Below the pieces are notes generated by a model. It was not told the DNA's origin, made no database searches, and saw only the letters and a list, made by a program, of their open reading frames with translations. DNA of 64,000 nt, from IMG/VR virus record IMGVR_UViG_3300006316_000001, positions 42,816 to 106,815 of that record, one strand, 5' to 3'. The first letter of the stretch is position 1; every line of letters begins with the position of its first letter. Below, piece by piece: positions 40,241 to 50,468 of the stretch. Both the position numbers and the translations under genes were made by a program. The DNA is from a virus.

Positions 40241-40660
40241 ATGAACATACCATTCATTTCCCCACTCATCACCGCAGTAGGGAACTACTTTAATGAGGGG
40301 CAGAAAATAAGAGCCGCGAAGCAGGAAAGAGCTGACGTTTTACGTGAGAAATCTCTGGATGCTAAGATTGATGCTATTAAGAACGGACAACAAGCCGATA
40401 TTGAGAAGGACACTAACTTCAAGGCTGGATGGATGGATGACTTTTCGTTCTTTGTGTTCATGATTCCCGCAATCTTAGCCTTCTTCCCTGACATGGTACC
40501 ACATGTCACTGCTGGTTTCGAAGCTTTAGATAAAATGCCTTTATGGTACCAATATGCCCTTGGTGGTATGTTGGTAGCCGTGTGGGGTTATCGTCGACTA
40601 GTCACACCAATTGTGGAAGTCGTTGTTAAACAATGGGTATCGCGTATCCCCAAACTTTAG
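40241..40660 (+). CDS. Holin (3TM-type)
   Basis: W.DDF.F.VF.IP.ILAF.P......GF.AL..MP.WYQY......A.WG.R; directly upstream of endolysin. Confidence 0.7.
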   Translation: MNIPFISPLITAVGNYFNEGQKIRAAKQERADVLREKSLDAKIDAIKNGQQADIEKDTNFKAGWMDDFSFFVFMIPAILAFFPDMVPHVTAGFEALDKMPLWYQYALGGMLVAVWGYRRLVTPIVEVVVKQWVSRIPKL

Positions 40661-40669
40661 AGAATTATT

Positions 40670-41065
40670 ATGTCTTTTAAATATGGAACATCATCACTTG
40701 CGCATCTAGAATCGTGCACACCAAACATCCAACGTCTATTCAAATCTCTTATCGAAGATTATGACATCACAATCATTTGTGGTCATCGCGGTAAGGCTGA
40801 ACAAGACGCTGCTGTGGCATCAGGGGCGTCTACGACACCTTGGCCAAAATCCAAGCATAACTCTTACCCATCATGTGGTGTTGACGCTGCTCTTTATCCT
40901 ATTGATTGGGAAGACGAAGGGCGTCACTACATGTTCGTGGGAATCGTGAAAGAACGTGCCCGTCAAATGGGTATTAAGATTCGCGCTGGAGCTGACTGGG
41001 ATGGTGATTGGAACACTGATGACCAGAAGTTCAATGATCTTGTTCATTTCGAGGAAATCATCTAG
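40670..41065 (+). CDS. Endolysin, peptidase M15 (L-Ala-D-Glu peptidase, T5 Lys-like)
   Basis: ICGHR...EQ...SKHN.....VD...IRAGADW...DLVHFE. Confidence 0.9.
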   Translation: MSFKYGTSSLAHLESCTPNIQRLFKSLIEDYDITIICGHRGKAEQDAAVASGASTTPWPKSKHNSYPSCGVDAALYPIDWEDEGRHYMFVGIVKERARQMGIKIRAGADWDGDWNTDDQKFNDLVHFEEII

Positions 41066-41087
41066 AACAAGATAAAAGGAGTCAAGT

Positions 41088-42029
41088 ATGGCAAATCTTG
41101 GTAATGTCATAGTTCCTCCAGGAGAGTGGATAAATTTAGATGCTCCGGCTCCTGGATATCCGTCATATGCCCCCGCATTACGATACCCCCTTATGCACCA
41201 ATTGAAGATTCTACAATCTCAAGCGCGTGCTGGTATCAAAGTTAAGCAATCTGAATGGTCGACGGTTTGGAGGCAGGTTGGTGAGGTTTTCGGTAATAGT
41301 GACCCTATATACCTGCTGGAAAATGATTCAGAATTTTTACAGCAGTTAGCCTCAGCTTTATGCGAACCTGCGGCTACACCATTACCAACGGATGAGCTTG
41401 ATCCAGGGATTGAAAAAGTTGGTGCACTATCGATTGAGTGGGATCTTGATCTTGATAATCTATTTCGTGACACAATGATGAACCGCCTTACGCGAATTCT
41501 ATGTGAGATCCGTCAGGGTCAAAATGTGAATCGCGGGTTCTTCATTAGTGTTTGGCGTGGTTGGGTAAATGTCTTATCCAACTCTAATCCCGTATATGTG
41601 TGTAAAGACGATCTTGAGCGTGCTCGGTATATTGACTCGCTCGTTACCGTACTTACGGGCATACGGTGTAAACCTGTGTGTGGTGAGTTTTCGCTGACAG
41701 TTGTTGATGTTGATAATGCTTATACTGACGTATCGACTATCCAAGTGGGCGATAATCTTGAGCTCACACAAACAGGTAACAGTTCAGTATTGATTACTGG
41801 CCTTCCGGCTGGTATCGAATTCTACACGAAAGAAATGGACGGGCTTGCTAGTACCTTCACCGCTGAACATAACTTAGGGCGATTTATCGCAGTTGCTAGG
41901 GTATATCAGCCGGATGGTGAAGTTGCACAAGTTGAAGTCCAGAACAAAGATAATGATGGTAATGTTTCTAAGAATGTTGCCCAAGTTATCTCGAGCGTAC
42001 CTATGCTCGGCACTCTAACATTAATATAA
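41088..42029 (+). CDS. Hypothetical late (possibly virion) protein
   Basis: AAGGAG RBS; 313-aa ORF. Confidence 0.6.
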   Translation: MANLGNVIVPPGEWINLDAPAPGYPSYAPALRYPLMHQLKILQSQARAGIKVKQSEWSTVWRQVGEVFGNSDPIYLLENDSEFLQQLASALCEPAATPLPTDELDPGIEKVGALSIEWDLDLDNLFRDTMMNRLTRILCEIRQGQNVNRGFFISVWRGWVNVLSNSNPVYVCKDDLERARYIDSLVTVLTGIRCKPVCGEFSLTVVDVDNAYTDVSTIQVGDNLELTQTGNSSVLITGLPAGIEFYTKEMDGLASTFTAEHNLGRFIAVARVYQPDGEVAQVEVQNKDNDGNVSKNVAQVISSVPMLGTLTLI

Positions 42030-42040
42030 AGGAAAATACT

Positions 42041-43918
42041 ATGGGATCTCCAATTAATACGTCACATGTCTTCCAAGGTGGCGCGACTGTAAAAGGTATT
42101 CCGGCTTCACAAGAAACTGGTCAAGCTGTAGAGCATGATCAGCTTATTGCTGCGTTGGATACTAAGCAGCCAAATCTTACTGGTGGTTCAGGTGTTGATC
42201 TGACATCTTCAACTCTGAAGATCGATCTTGCCGTGACTGGTACTGATTATGGCACATTGACCCTAACGGGTAGCAACTATTCATCTCTAGATGGTGTCTA
42301 CACTCTAGCATCGTTCAAAGGCTCTTTATCTTACTCAGGTACTAGCCTTGATCTAGATGTTGGTGGTGATTACAACGTATACTACAAATCCAATGGTGGT
42401 GGTGTATGGTCTGTTATTGCTAAACGTGACACCGATAACATCCACAACAACTTCTCTGTTGGCGAAAGTAATGGTTCTTGGATTGTTGTATTGACTGCGG
42501 TAGACCCAACGTCTATCACTGAAGATTACAACAACTTCATCCCTAACTACCAAGCTGTGGATTTCGACTTCCTGACATCATCAAGTGAACAGGATGATAA
42601 TGGTAATGGTACCATCTCTAGTGCAGCTAGTGGCGTTTCGTACGCATCAGGTAACACACCTGCTGGTTTGATTTTCGAGAACGATAAATTGGCGATTGAT
42701 TTTGCGTCAAGTACCGCTCAAGCTGAATCAACAAACGTGCTTCCTGCTTCTGTTACGGTTACTGCTATCAATGAAGCTGAAGGTCGCGCATCACAAGCAC
42801 AGAACACTACATTCTCGAATGCTATTGCTCAGCTTGTCGGTAACCCTGCAAAGGTTCAGTCTGCGATTGAAGCTCTGAAATCGATGCATGATACTCTGTC
42901 TAATACAGTGTCTAATAACCAGACCACTGCTTCGACTGAGTATGGGCACATTAATGACCTGCAGGATGCACTGGGAACGTCTTCTGATGATATGGGTGTG
43001 ATGCACGCACTTCTAAGTGATGGCGTTGCTGTGAAGGCTCTATTGAACGAACTTGCTACTTTGAATGCATCACTTCGTTCTGATGCTGACACTACTCTTG
43101 GTGTTGCTGCTGGCGCCTCAATCAATTCTGCTGGTGATAACGTTACTGATTCTACAGATATTGCTACGGCAATTAGCGATCTTGACGTTGCTCTTGGTCT
43201 AGTTCAGGGTGATTTGACTTCTCGTATTCCTGCGGTTGATCAATATCACAATGCTAACCAATACCCGTTAACTGCTGATCAGTTGGCTGGTACTGAGCCT
43301 GTGAATGAAGTTAAGTATGACCAAGTTGACATCCAGACAGGTAACACTATCACGTGGTCAACTGACATGTCACTATTCAATATGGATGTTCGTATCCTTG
43401 TTGACTTCGGTGCGGCTGGTGATGTTGATGCTGGTATTTATGATCGTGATCACGCAACAGGTTTGCTGACTCGTTCAACATACTTCAACGAAGCGTCTGA
43501 GATTCAGAAAAATGCAATCTTCCAAATCCGTTACGGTGGTGCTATTGCTGGTGCTGAATTCATGGTGGTAACGCCTGATGAGCCAAGCATCGGTACAGAC
43601 CCAATCGGTTTCGAAAACATCAGTGCTGTAATCATCGGACAAGGTACTCTTGCGAAAGACCGCCTACGTCCTGAGTTCCAAGCTGAGATTGACAACAAGC
43701 TAGTTCCTTATGAGTCTGCTGTTGTTACTGTCCCTGCTAATGGTGCGCTAACTCTAGTTCATGGTCACAAGTTGTTCAGTGCTCCTATGATCCTAGATGC
43801 TGCTGGTAACATGCAAAGTTTCGAATTGGATATTACCGTTGATGGTACTATGGTCATCACTTCTGAAGCTGACGTTGACATTCCTGTCACTGTACGTTTC
43901 GCTGGTCTTGAACTGTAG
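42041..43918 (+). CDS. Putative fibre-like virion protein
   Basis: Gly/Ser/Thr/Ala-rich with coiled-coil segments (AKVQSAIEAL, AISDLDVAL); last gene of late region. Confidence 0.6.
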   Translation: MGSPINTSHVFQGGATVKGIPASQETGQAVEHDQLIAALDTKQPNLTGGSGVDLTSSTLKIDLAVTGTDYGTLTLTGSNYSSLDGVYTLASFKGSLSYSGTSLDLDVGGDYNVYYKSNGGGVWSVIAKRDTDNIHNNFSVGESNGSWIVVLTAVDPTSITEDYNNFIPNYQAVDFDFLTSSSEQDDNGNGTISSAASGVSYASGNTPAGLIFENDKLAIDFASSTAQAESTNVLPASVTVTAINEAEGRASQAQNTTFSNAIAQLVGNPAKVQSAIEALKSMHDTLSNTVSNNQTTASTEYGHINDLQDALGTSSDDMGVMHALLSDGVAVKALLNELATLNASLRSDADTTLGVAAGASINSAGDNVTDSTDIATAISDLDVALGLVQGDLTSRIPAVDQYHNANQYPLTADQLAGTEPVNEVKYDQVDIQTGNTITWSTDMSLFNMDVRILVDFGAAGDVDAGIYDRDHATGLLTRSTYFNEASEIQKNAIFQIRYGGAIAGAEFMVVTPDEPSIGTDPIGFENISAVIIGQGTLAKDRLRPEFQAEIDNKLVPYESAVVTVPANGALTLVHGHKLFSAPMILDAAGNMQSFELDITVDGTMVITSEADVDIPVTVRFAGLEL

Positions 43919-44036
43919 AAACTTTTAGTCCCTTCTCGGAGGGACTATAACCCAATTGGGATACTCTCCCGAAATGGTGTCTACACTTGGCGGGGCTCGA
44001 AAGAGTTACACTATGTGTGTTGTGGACATTAGATAC

Positions 44037-44074
44037 AAAAAAGGCTTCACCTCTTATCAGGGGTGAAGCCTTTT
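44037..44074. terminator. Bidirectional terminator at the late/early convergence
   Basis: AAAAAAGGCTTCACCTC-TTATCA-GGGGTGAAGCCTTTT. Confidence 0.85.
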
Positions 44075-44082
44075 CGTTTGGA

Positions 44083-44535
44083 CTAAATAACATTGATTTT
44101 TCGCGCTATTTTATGAATTATTAGCTTCCAAATTGGCATATTAATATATTGGCTTAACTTTAGATTTACAGCTTCTAAATCATCAGTTAATTTAGCTATT
44201 TTAGCATTTCTCTTGTCGATAATTTCGCTTGAACGCATCACACTACCTTCAAGAAGGTTGATTGAGTGGCGCAGTTCTTCTATCATAACTAGGGGTACAC
44301 CAAGATATTGTTCAACTTCCGGTGACCAAGAAAGATACATATCTCTTTTGGTGATGTGGTTGTATATCTTGACTACTGGAATCGACGTGACATCTTCTAG
44401 AACCACGAATTCAACATTACCATTGATGACCGGAACTACTTTATCCTTATCATCAATCTCTACTAGTTCAGCTTGGTTGATTGCCGTACAACTTTTCGTG
44501 GTTATTGTGTCAACCATTATACATTCTTTACTCAT
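44083..44535 (-). CDS. Hypothetical protein
   Basis: Likely start MSKECIM, overlapping the upstream stop. Confidence 0.55.
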   Translation of the reverse strand: MSKECIMVDTITTKSCTAINQAELVEIDDKDKVVPVINGNVEFVVLEDVTSIPVVKIYNHITKRDMYLSWSPEVEQYLGVPLVMIEELRHSINLLEGSVMRSSEIIDKRNAKIAKLTDDLEAVNLKLSQYINMPIWKLIIHKIARKINVI

Positions 44536-44728
44536 CGTCAGATTCCATATTATGGTTGTAAAACCCAATACAAATATTGCATCTGGATTCATCAACATCT
44601 TCATGTAACATGCGATCACCGCATTCATCGCATCGCTTCTTAAGTTTACCTCCACACCATCTATTAGGGCAGAGGATTAGGGCAGCCAATATAAGGCTAC
44701 CCAAGATAAGTGCCACCCACAATTCCAT
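44528..44728 (-). CDS. Small membrane protein with Cys-rich (Zn-ribbon-like) tail
   Basis: TM helix then CPNRWC...CDECG...CNIC. Confidence 0.55.
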   Translation of the reverse strand: MELWVALILGSLILAALILCPNRWCGGKLKKRCDECGDRMLHEDVDESRCNICIGFYNHNMESDDE

Positions 44729-45348
44729 TATGATTCCTTCTTGTATTTTGCTAGCCACACATCCTGCTTATCTGTCGGAGTACCCGAAGCCACGTTGAAT
44801 GATTCAGCGTTCTTAATATCAGAAACTTTCAGATTTGACCATTTGATTTCTTTACCATCAACATCGATCACAAGAGGTTCTTTCTTGTTACCACGCCCCT
44901 TTGAAACTCGAGATTGTTCAATCCAATTCTTTTGAGACTCTGAAGGAGTACCATTATATTCGATGGTTTCGGCACCTTTCAGAATGGAAGTTCTTAGATC
45001 AGCGTATTTGTATTCTTTACCATCAACAGTAACAATTAGACCCTTGCGAGTTTTCTTTTCAGTTTTGACAAGAACATCAGCAGCTTTACCAGTAGGAGCT
45101 AGCTCATCAACATTTTCTTCTTTGCGTGTTACGACCAGATGACCAAAACCTTCAATCACGTTGTGAGCCATCTTGGTGATACGCTCTTCAGCTTTTGCGC
45201 GAGAAGCGAATTTCTTAACGTTCTTCTCGCCAGCTAGATTAGCCAGCTTGTTATAGTCTTCAGTGATCTTCTTAGTAGGGAAAGTGGCAACACCGTTTTC
45301 GATGATAGAATTAGCTAGTTCAACAATGTGAGAATTTGTATTAGACAT
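44728..45348 (-). CDS. Hypothetical early protein with duplicated C-terminal module
   Basis: V.VDGKE.K...L..S..K.AE.....GTP...Q..W occurs twice. Confidence 0.7.
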   Translation of the reverse strand: MSNTNSHIVELANSIIENGVATFPTKKITEDYNKLANLAGEKNVKKFASRAKAEERITKMAHNVIEGFGHLVVTRKEENVDELAPTGKAADVLVKTEKKTRKGLIVTVDGKEYKYADLRTSILKGAETIEYNGTPSESQKNWIEQSRVSKGRGNKKEPLVIDVDGKEIKWSNLKVSDIKNAESFNVASGTPTDKQDVWLAKYKKES

Positions 45349-45368
45349 AGTATTTACCTTTTATTAGA

Positions 45369-45444
45369 AGGGAAGTTACTAACCCTTAGCACTTTACCCT
45401 ATAACAATCATTATACTCTAATTGAACGAGAAGTAAAGCTTTTT
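45369..45444 (-). promoter_or_regulatory. Early promoter cassette copy 3
   Basis: -35 45433-45438, -10 45410-45415, leader hairpin. Confidence 0.85.
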
Positions 45445-45460
45445 AGCTAAATTTTTATGT

Positions 45461-45489
45461 AAAAAAGGCTCCCTATAGGGAGCCTTTTT
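45461..45489. terminator. Terminator upstream of promoter 3
   Basis: AAAAAAGGCTCCC-TATA-GGGAGCCTTTTT. Confidence 0.8.
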
Positions 45490-45510
45490 GTTTGGTTTCA
45501 GTCACATGGA

Positions 45511-45852
45511 TTATTTTGGATTGCGAGATGCACGTCGAACTGGATGACGTCTCTCATCATCTTGGAGCGCAGTCTGCTCAACCTCCTCAGCATCAGGAAC
45601 CATATCAGGCAACTCCTGTAACTGAGGTTCCTTTTGGAACTTCGGTTCCTGAGTTCTATCCTTATTCTCGATGCTAATAAGATGCTCAATTCGAGCGCTC
45701 ATTTCCATGAACGAAACCTCACCTTGGAACCCCAACATGTTGGCTATAGAAGAAAGGATGGACTTACTATCACCATGAGCCTTACGTTCTTTCTCAAGTT
45801 CCATTAAGATGTCGAAAGCCTGAGCTTTTACTTCAGTAATTTCTTGAGTCAT
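45511..45852 (-). CDS. Hypothetical protein
   Basis: ORF immediately after ligase. Confidence 0.6.
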   Translation of the reverse strand: MTQEITEVKAQAFDILMELEKERKAHGDSKSILSSIANMLGFQGEVSFMEMSARIEHLISIENKDRTQEPKFQKEPQLQELPDMVPDAEEVEQTALQDDERRHPVRRASRNPK

Positions 45853-45853
45853 T

Positions 45854-47359
45854 TTACATCTCCATGATTTCTTTTAGTTCGCGGCTGGATTCTTCTTGAG
45901 CGATCATTTCTTCTAGGGTGTTAGCCTTATCTTTGTCAAAACGAATCCTAACGACACGCGCAAGGAACAGTGATTGCTTTTCACTACCCTCAGTGATTGT
46001 GCGGGCGTTATATTCACCCTCAACAATTGCACCGATGTACTTGTTCGGGTCGAACTTCTCATCGTCTTCAACTGATGACTGCGTCATGTTATCAGCGTTG
46101 TCCTGAATGAACACCTTCTTATACCCGCGCATTTCATCAGTTAGACCTGAGCCGATACCGGAAGCAACCATGCCACATTCAGACTCAATGTTGAACCCAC
46201 CAATGCAGTTCTCATACTTTGAACCTTTCTTGCCAGGATACCAGCTAACGATACGGAATTCCGCAGGGTGAATTTCTTTGAACTTGTATTGTGAAGTGGA
46301 TCTGCAATCTTCCCAATAGCCATTACCGTCTTTGACGATAGTGCCTTCTTCTTTACGTGCAAGCATTTCAGCATAGTGAATTTTCGCTTCAGCTAGGCTG
46401 CTGATCTTACGACATTCAGTCAACTTAATACGCTTGTGGTGACCAGAAGCATCGAACATGTCATCGTCATCTTCACCAATACGACCGTCAAGGCAACGTA
46501 ACTCTTCCCAACGCTCACTATATGTCTTCTTGGTGATACCTTCGCGCTTCTCAAACTCAGCGCGATCAATGATATCCCAGACAACAAGAATAACGCGGTC
46601 TGCTTCTTCTGAGCCGATTGTGCCTGAAGATGCTTTGTTAATCACACCATTACCAGTCTGGCGTGCTGCGATTATACCGTTAGCGTCAATCACAACCAGT
46701 TCACCATCAAGGACGACATCACCACAAGATTCGGTGTATTTGCGGGCTGCGTTGGCTAATGATTGTAAACCGTGGTAGGATTTGCCGTTACGGGAACGCA
46801 ATTCAATACCCTCAGTGTAACATTTGATTAGACAACGTGCGCCATCAGACTTCAATTGGCTGTATGCATTAGACCAATCAATGTTCTTGTTGATAGCCGC
46901 AGCGTTGTATGGGGAACAAAGCATACAAGGGAAGTCGGGCACAAAATCAACACCATATACCTTACGGAAAGTGTTGATTGTCGCGCCACACTTGAAGTCA
47001 CGAGCAACGATCATATCAAGCATGGCTGCATCATCTTCTGGCAATCCTGATTTGATCTGTGCCAAATGTAACTTATCCGCGTTGGATGCTGAACCCTTTG
47101 TATCAAGATACATTAGCTTCTCAATAGCATCACTCATGGTACTTTCGCGAGTTTCTTCGGTATCACCGAAAAGAAGATCAATAGGATTTGGTGGTGGAAG
47201 ATCTTCAATCTTACTTAGGTTGTATGAGATGAGTTGATTGTACGTCAATGCAACACACTCACGCAGAAACTCATTATCGGCATGCTGCTCAATGATTGCA
47301 GTCTTGGCCTTTGTACCCTTTGCTTCACGAAGTTGTTGAATAATTTTATTCGGATGCAT
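45854..47359 (-). CDS. ATP-dependent DNA ligase (T4 gp30-like)
   Basis: Motif I QLKSDGAR, SRNGK, VLDGEL, VWDI, EGTIVK, YKFKE, SLFL.R...IR.DK. Confidence 0.95.
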   Translation of the reverse strand: MHPNKIIQQLREAKGTKAKTAIIEQHADNEFLRECVALTYNQLISYNLSKIEDLPPPNPIDLLFGDTEETRESTMSDAIEKLMYLDTKGSASNADKLHLAQIKSGLPEDDAAMLDMIVARDFKCGATINTFRKVYGVDFVPDFPCMLCSPYNAAAINKNIDWSNAYSQLKSDGARCLIKCYTEGIELRSRNGKSYHGLQSLANAARKYTESCGDVVLDGELVVIDANGIIAARQTGNGVINKASSGTIGSEEADRVILVVWDIIDRAEFEKREGITKKTYSERWEELRCLDGRIGEDDDDMFDASGHHKRIKLTECRKISSLAEAKIHYAEMLARKEEGTIVKDGNGYWEDCRSTSQYKFKEIHPAEFRIVSWYPGKKGSKYENCIGGFNIESECGMVASGIGSGLTDEMRGYKKVFIQDNADNMTQSSVEDDEKFDPNKYIGAIVEGEYNARTITEGSEKQSLFLARVVRIRFDKDKANTLEEMIAQEESSRELKEIMEM

Positions 47360-47582
47360 CAGTCACGTCCTTACATTCAATTTTATTTTCACGGTTGGCG
47401 GCTGCTTTTGCGCGACCACCTTCAAGTGTTAGTGGGCGATAATCCCATAACGGACATTTGTGTTTAGTTCTAACACCGTCGGATGGGCAATCCTCGGCTT
47501 GTTTGCGCCAAGAACCGCCACCTGCTGAACCATCATAAATGCACTGTTTACACATTTGGTCTATTGCTTGTTTTCTAGACAT
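47346..47582 (-). CDS. Small Cys-rich hypothetical protein
   Basis: AID..CKQCIYD....G.WR.Q...C......CPLW.YRP. Confidence 0.65.
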   Translation of the reverse strand: MSRKQAIDQMCKQCIYDGSAGGGSWRKQAEDCPSDGVRTKHKCPLWDYRPLTLEGGRAKAAANRENKIECKDVTDASE

Positions 47583-47796
47583 TGGATGCCCCCTGAATGT
47601 GGATTGTTGTAGTACCATCAGCCTCAACGCTGAAGTTGTAGAAGCTGCCGCAATACAAGAATTGGCAGTGGGTTGTACCCATAGCATCAACCACGATAGA
47701 CGTGTCGATGATGTTTACCTGACTCACTGTTACATCGTTGTTACAGTACTTGGCAAGAGCGATAGCTGCCTCAAACGTTAGTGATTTCATAAACAT
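47575..47796 (-). CDS. Hypothetical early protein
   Basis: First ORF after promoter 4, AAGGA RBS. Confidence 0.6.
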   Translation of the reverse strand: MFMKSLTFEAAIALAKYCNNDVTVSQVNIIDTSIVVDAMGTTHCQFLYCGSFYNFSVEADGTTTIHIQGASNV

Positions 47797-47812
47797 TTCC
47801 TTCCGAAATGAT

Positions 47813-47887
47813 GGGGAAGTGCTAACCCTTAGCACTTTACCCCGTAAATATCATTATACTCTAATTTTACTAGAAGTAAAGCTTTTT
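47813..47887 (-). promoter_or_regulatory. Early promoter cassette copy 4
   Basis: -35 47876-47881, -10 47853-47858, leader hairpin. Confidence 0.85.
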
Positions 47888-48545
47888 AAGAAGTTATGGA
47901 ATCTAGATACTCAGCTAACCGAAGGTGTGTGTTCTGCATCATAAGAACGTCCAGCGCAATATCATGATCTTCACGGTGTTTTATTACACAATCTGGCCAT
48001 ACGAATGAATCATCATACCCGTTTGGTGTGTGATCAGGATTCCATATTGTTGTTATCGCGTCAATTTCAGTACGGATATCGCGAATGTTCCACCAAGGGA
48101 ATGGTATTTCCCACCTGAAGTATTTGTAGATATTTTCTAACAGAACGATATCAAACTGTGGACCACGCGCCCAGATACGGTCACCATTGGCATTGGGTTG
48201 GTATCCCATATCATCCAGATATTTCTGAATTCTTGGACCCATTAATGAAAGGTCAATATCTTCTGGGCTCGGGTCAATAACCATCGAACGGGCGTGAGCC
48301 TGATCAGGATTACTCCACCAATCAACTGTGCTCTGGTCCCAAGTTCGGTTGTATTTATTGAACTGCGTCTTCAAGTCAAACTTTAGACGGAGAGCATCAC
48401 CAACCAATTCTTCGAATGACTTCATCTCAGATGGATCAAATACCAAGATTGCTAGTGATGGTGTTGCCGTATCGGGATTGCGTTGAGCATTACCCACAGT
48501 CTCGAAATCGAGAATGATTTGTTTAGGAGAGTTTGAATTTGTCAT
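47886..48545 (-). CDS. DEDDh 3'-5' exonuclease (T4 DexA-like)
   Basis: IILDFET, TVDWW, WARGPQFD, RDIRT, H...HDIALD. Confidence 0.88.
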   Translation of the reverse strand: MTNSNSPKQIILDFETVGNAQRNPDTATPSLAILVFDPSEMKSFEELVGDALRLKFDLKTQFNKYNRTWDQSTVDWWSNPDQAHARSMVIDPSPEDIDLSLMGPRIQKYLDDMGYQPNANGDRIWARGPQFDIVLLENIYKYFRWEIPFPWWNIRDIRTEIDAITTIWNPDHTPNGYDDSFVWPDCVIKHREDHDIALDVLMMQNTHLRLAEYLDSITS

Positions 48546-49248
48546 AATATTCTCTGAGGTTGTCGTTTAGTTTAGAACACATTAGATATAAATCATCAAG
48601 CGTTCGGTTGTCTTCAAAGTCAAATCCTTCAATTGTACGTCCAGCATGAATCTTAGGTTCAACTCCAAATTTACGAATTGTCAAGATCAGTGAATTCAAG
48701 CAGTCACCAGCAGCAACGCGACATATGATTCGGAATGACGATTCGCCGAATTTGCGACGGAACGTACCGTTTGCTCTCGCAATCACGAACTTGTCATCAA
48801 CGTTAATGGAGAATATATCATGTGATTCTGAGTGATTCATTTTCAGATGATTTTTGAGATAGTCGCGCTTGACGGTGGCGCATCCTGGATTTCGGAATGT
48901 CTTGACATGAAAGTTCAAAGTCTTACCCACAGCCACTGAGTGCTTACGCTTACCTAATTTGGCGTACACGCTCTCTCCAGGATTGGCGTATTGCATGCTC
49001 CAAGGACACTCAATACCATTACTGGCTGCTGCTGATTTAATGACTGTGAAGATTCTGTGGTTACGGTGTTCGCTGTGTGACGCTTTACCTTCTATCGCCA
49101 TCATGATACGACGGGCAACTGCATAAGCCGCATCCAACGATTTTAATTTGTCTGGGAATGTTTCTTGGAATTTGGAAATCCAAATCTTACCCTTTTGCTT
49201 TAACATCCACTCAATGTAATGGACGTAGTCTATTTCTGTGTGACGCAT
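48523..49248 (-). CDS. Hypothetical protein
   Basis: 241-aa ORF, AGGAG RBS. Confidence 0.65.
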   Translation of the reverse strand: MRHTEIDYVHYIEWMLKQKGKIWISKFQETFPDKLKSLDAAYAVARRIMMAIEGKASHSEHRNHRIFTVIKSAAASNGIECPWSMQYANPGESVYAKLGKRKHSVAVGKTLNFHVKTFRNPGCATVKRDYLKNHLKMNHSESHDIFSINVDDKFVIARANGTFRRKFGESSFRIICRVAAGDCLNSLILTIRKFGVEPKIHAGRTIEGFDFEDNRTLDDLYLMCSKLNDNLREYYDKFKLS

Positions 49249-49259
49249 ATCATTTCTCC

Positions 49260-49757
49260 TTAGAATTCATTGAACATTTCGCATAGAAGCTCGTTAACTT
49301 TCTCTTTACTCATCTCAGCAGCCCAACCTGCAGCCTGAACAGCATCATCAACAGACCGACCACAACAACACCAACCAGCGGAAGAGGCGGAACGAGCAGC
49401 CCTCCGCGCACCATCATCCCAACCAGCAGCCCAGCTAGAAGAATCAGCATTAAGAGCGACATCACGAGCGCATTCGGCTTTTGGGTCATTAAGAAAATTG
49501 ACAATTGAGTCATACTTATCTGTGAGTGGCATTATTTTCTCAATGTTAATTAGGGCGCAATCGCATGCAAATCTTGCGATTCTATTTGTTGGTATGGTTT
49601 TACTAGCTAACCACAATAGATCGTCGTATGTATTTGCCCCTCCAACCAATGTTTCTACTTCCACACTCTCTTCAGTGTTGTTGGTTTGTTCTATGAAACG
49701 ATTAAGACCTAATTCGCAAGCATCCATTTCAATCAACTCAGATTTAGAAATTTTCAT
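49260..49757 (-). CDS. Hypothetical protein, tandem paralog B
   Basis: N-terminal ~70 aa very similar to 49794-50339; same EMFNEF end. Confidence 0.75.
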   Translation of the reverse strand: MKISKSELIEMDACELGLNRFIEQTNNTEESVEVETLVGGANTYDDLLWLASKTIPTNRIARFACDCALINIEKIMPLTDKYDSIVNFLNDPKAECARDVALNADSSSWAAGWDDGARRAARSASSAGWCCCGRSVDDAVQAAGWAAEMSKEKVNELLCEMFNEF

Positions 49758-49793
49758 AATAGAATTCCATGTGTTAGGTGAAGTGTTAAGTAT

Positions 49794-50339
49794 TTAGAAT
49801 TCATTGAACATTTCGCGTAGTAGGTCGTCTATGCAACTTGACCCACAAACATGTTGAGCTGACCGAGCAACATTAATGGCATGAATCTTCGCGCTTCCAG
49901 AATATTTTGCGGAATATGCAGCAAAGGCGAACGAAACTGCAGTATTGGCGCAGGATGCACGAGAGTAGCGAGCCTTTTCGATAAAACTAAAAGACTTTTC
50001 CCACAATTCATCCCGAATGTCTTTATTTATATCATCAAAATCGTCAGCAATATCATCACTTGAAGCGTTATTCAAAAAATCAACAATCAAATCGTAGTTG
50101 TCTGTGTGGGGCTTGATATGATGTGCGACAATCAATGCGCAATCGTATGCAAATCTTACGATTCGGCGTTTCGGAATCTTCTTACTCGCTAACCACAATA
50201 GATCTTCGTGCGTGTTCAGTCCACCAACCAATGAGGTCACTTCCACACTGTCTTCGGTGTTGTTGGTTTGTTCTATGAAGCGTTTAAGACCTAATTCACA
50301 AGCATCCATTTCAATTAGCTCAGATTTAGAAATTTTCAT
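49794..50339 (-). CDS. Hypothetical protein, tandem paralog A
   Basis: MKISKSELIEMDACELGL.RFIEQTNNTE...DLLWLASK...RFA.DCALI. Confidence 0.75.
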   Translation of the reverse strand: MKISKSELIEMDACELGLKRFIEQTNNTEDSVEVTSLVGGLNTHEDLLWLASKKIPKRRIVRFAYDCALIVAHHIKPHTDNYDLIVDFLNNASSDDIADDFDDINKDIRDELWEKSFSFIEKARYSRASCANTAVSFAFAAYSAKYSGSAKIHAINVARSAQHVCGSSCIDDLLREMFNEF

Positions 50340-50452
50340 AATAAATAGCCTTTTATTGGGAAGGGCTAACCGTTAACCCTATAACAACCATTATACTCTA
50401 ATTAGCCGAGAAGTAAAGCTTTTTAGCTAAATTTGAATGTAAAAAAGGCTCC
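50333..50452 (-). promoter_or_regulatory. Early promoter cassette copy 5 (left 120-bp repeat bounding the modification locus)
   Basis: -35 50413-50418, -10 50390-50395; 9 mismatches against 59749-59868 by hand alignment. Confidence 0.85.
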
Positions 50453-50467
50453 GCTAGGGAGCCTTTT
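50441..50467. terminator. Terminator closing the AADT operon
   Basis: AAAAAAGGCTCC-GCTAG-GGAGCCTTTT. Confidence 0.75.
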
Positions 50468-50468
50468 G

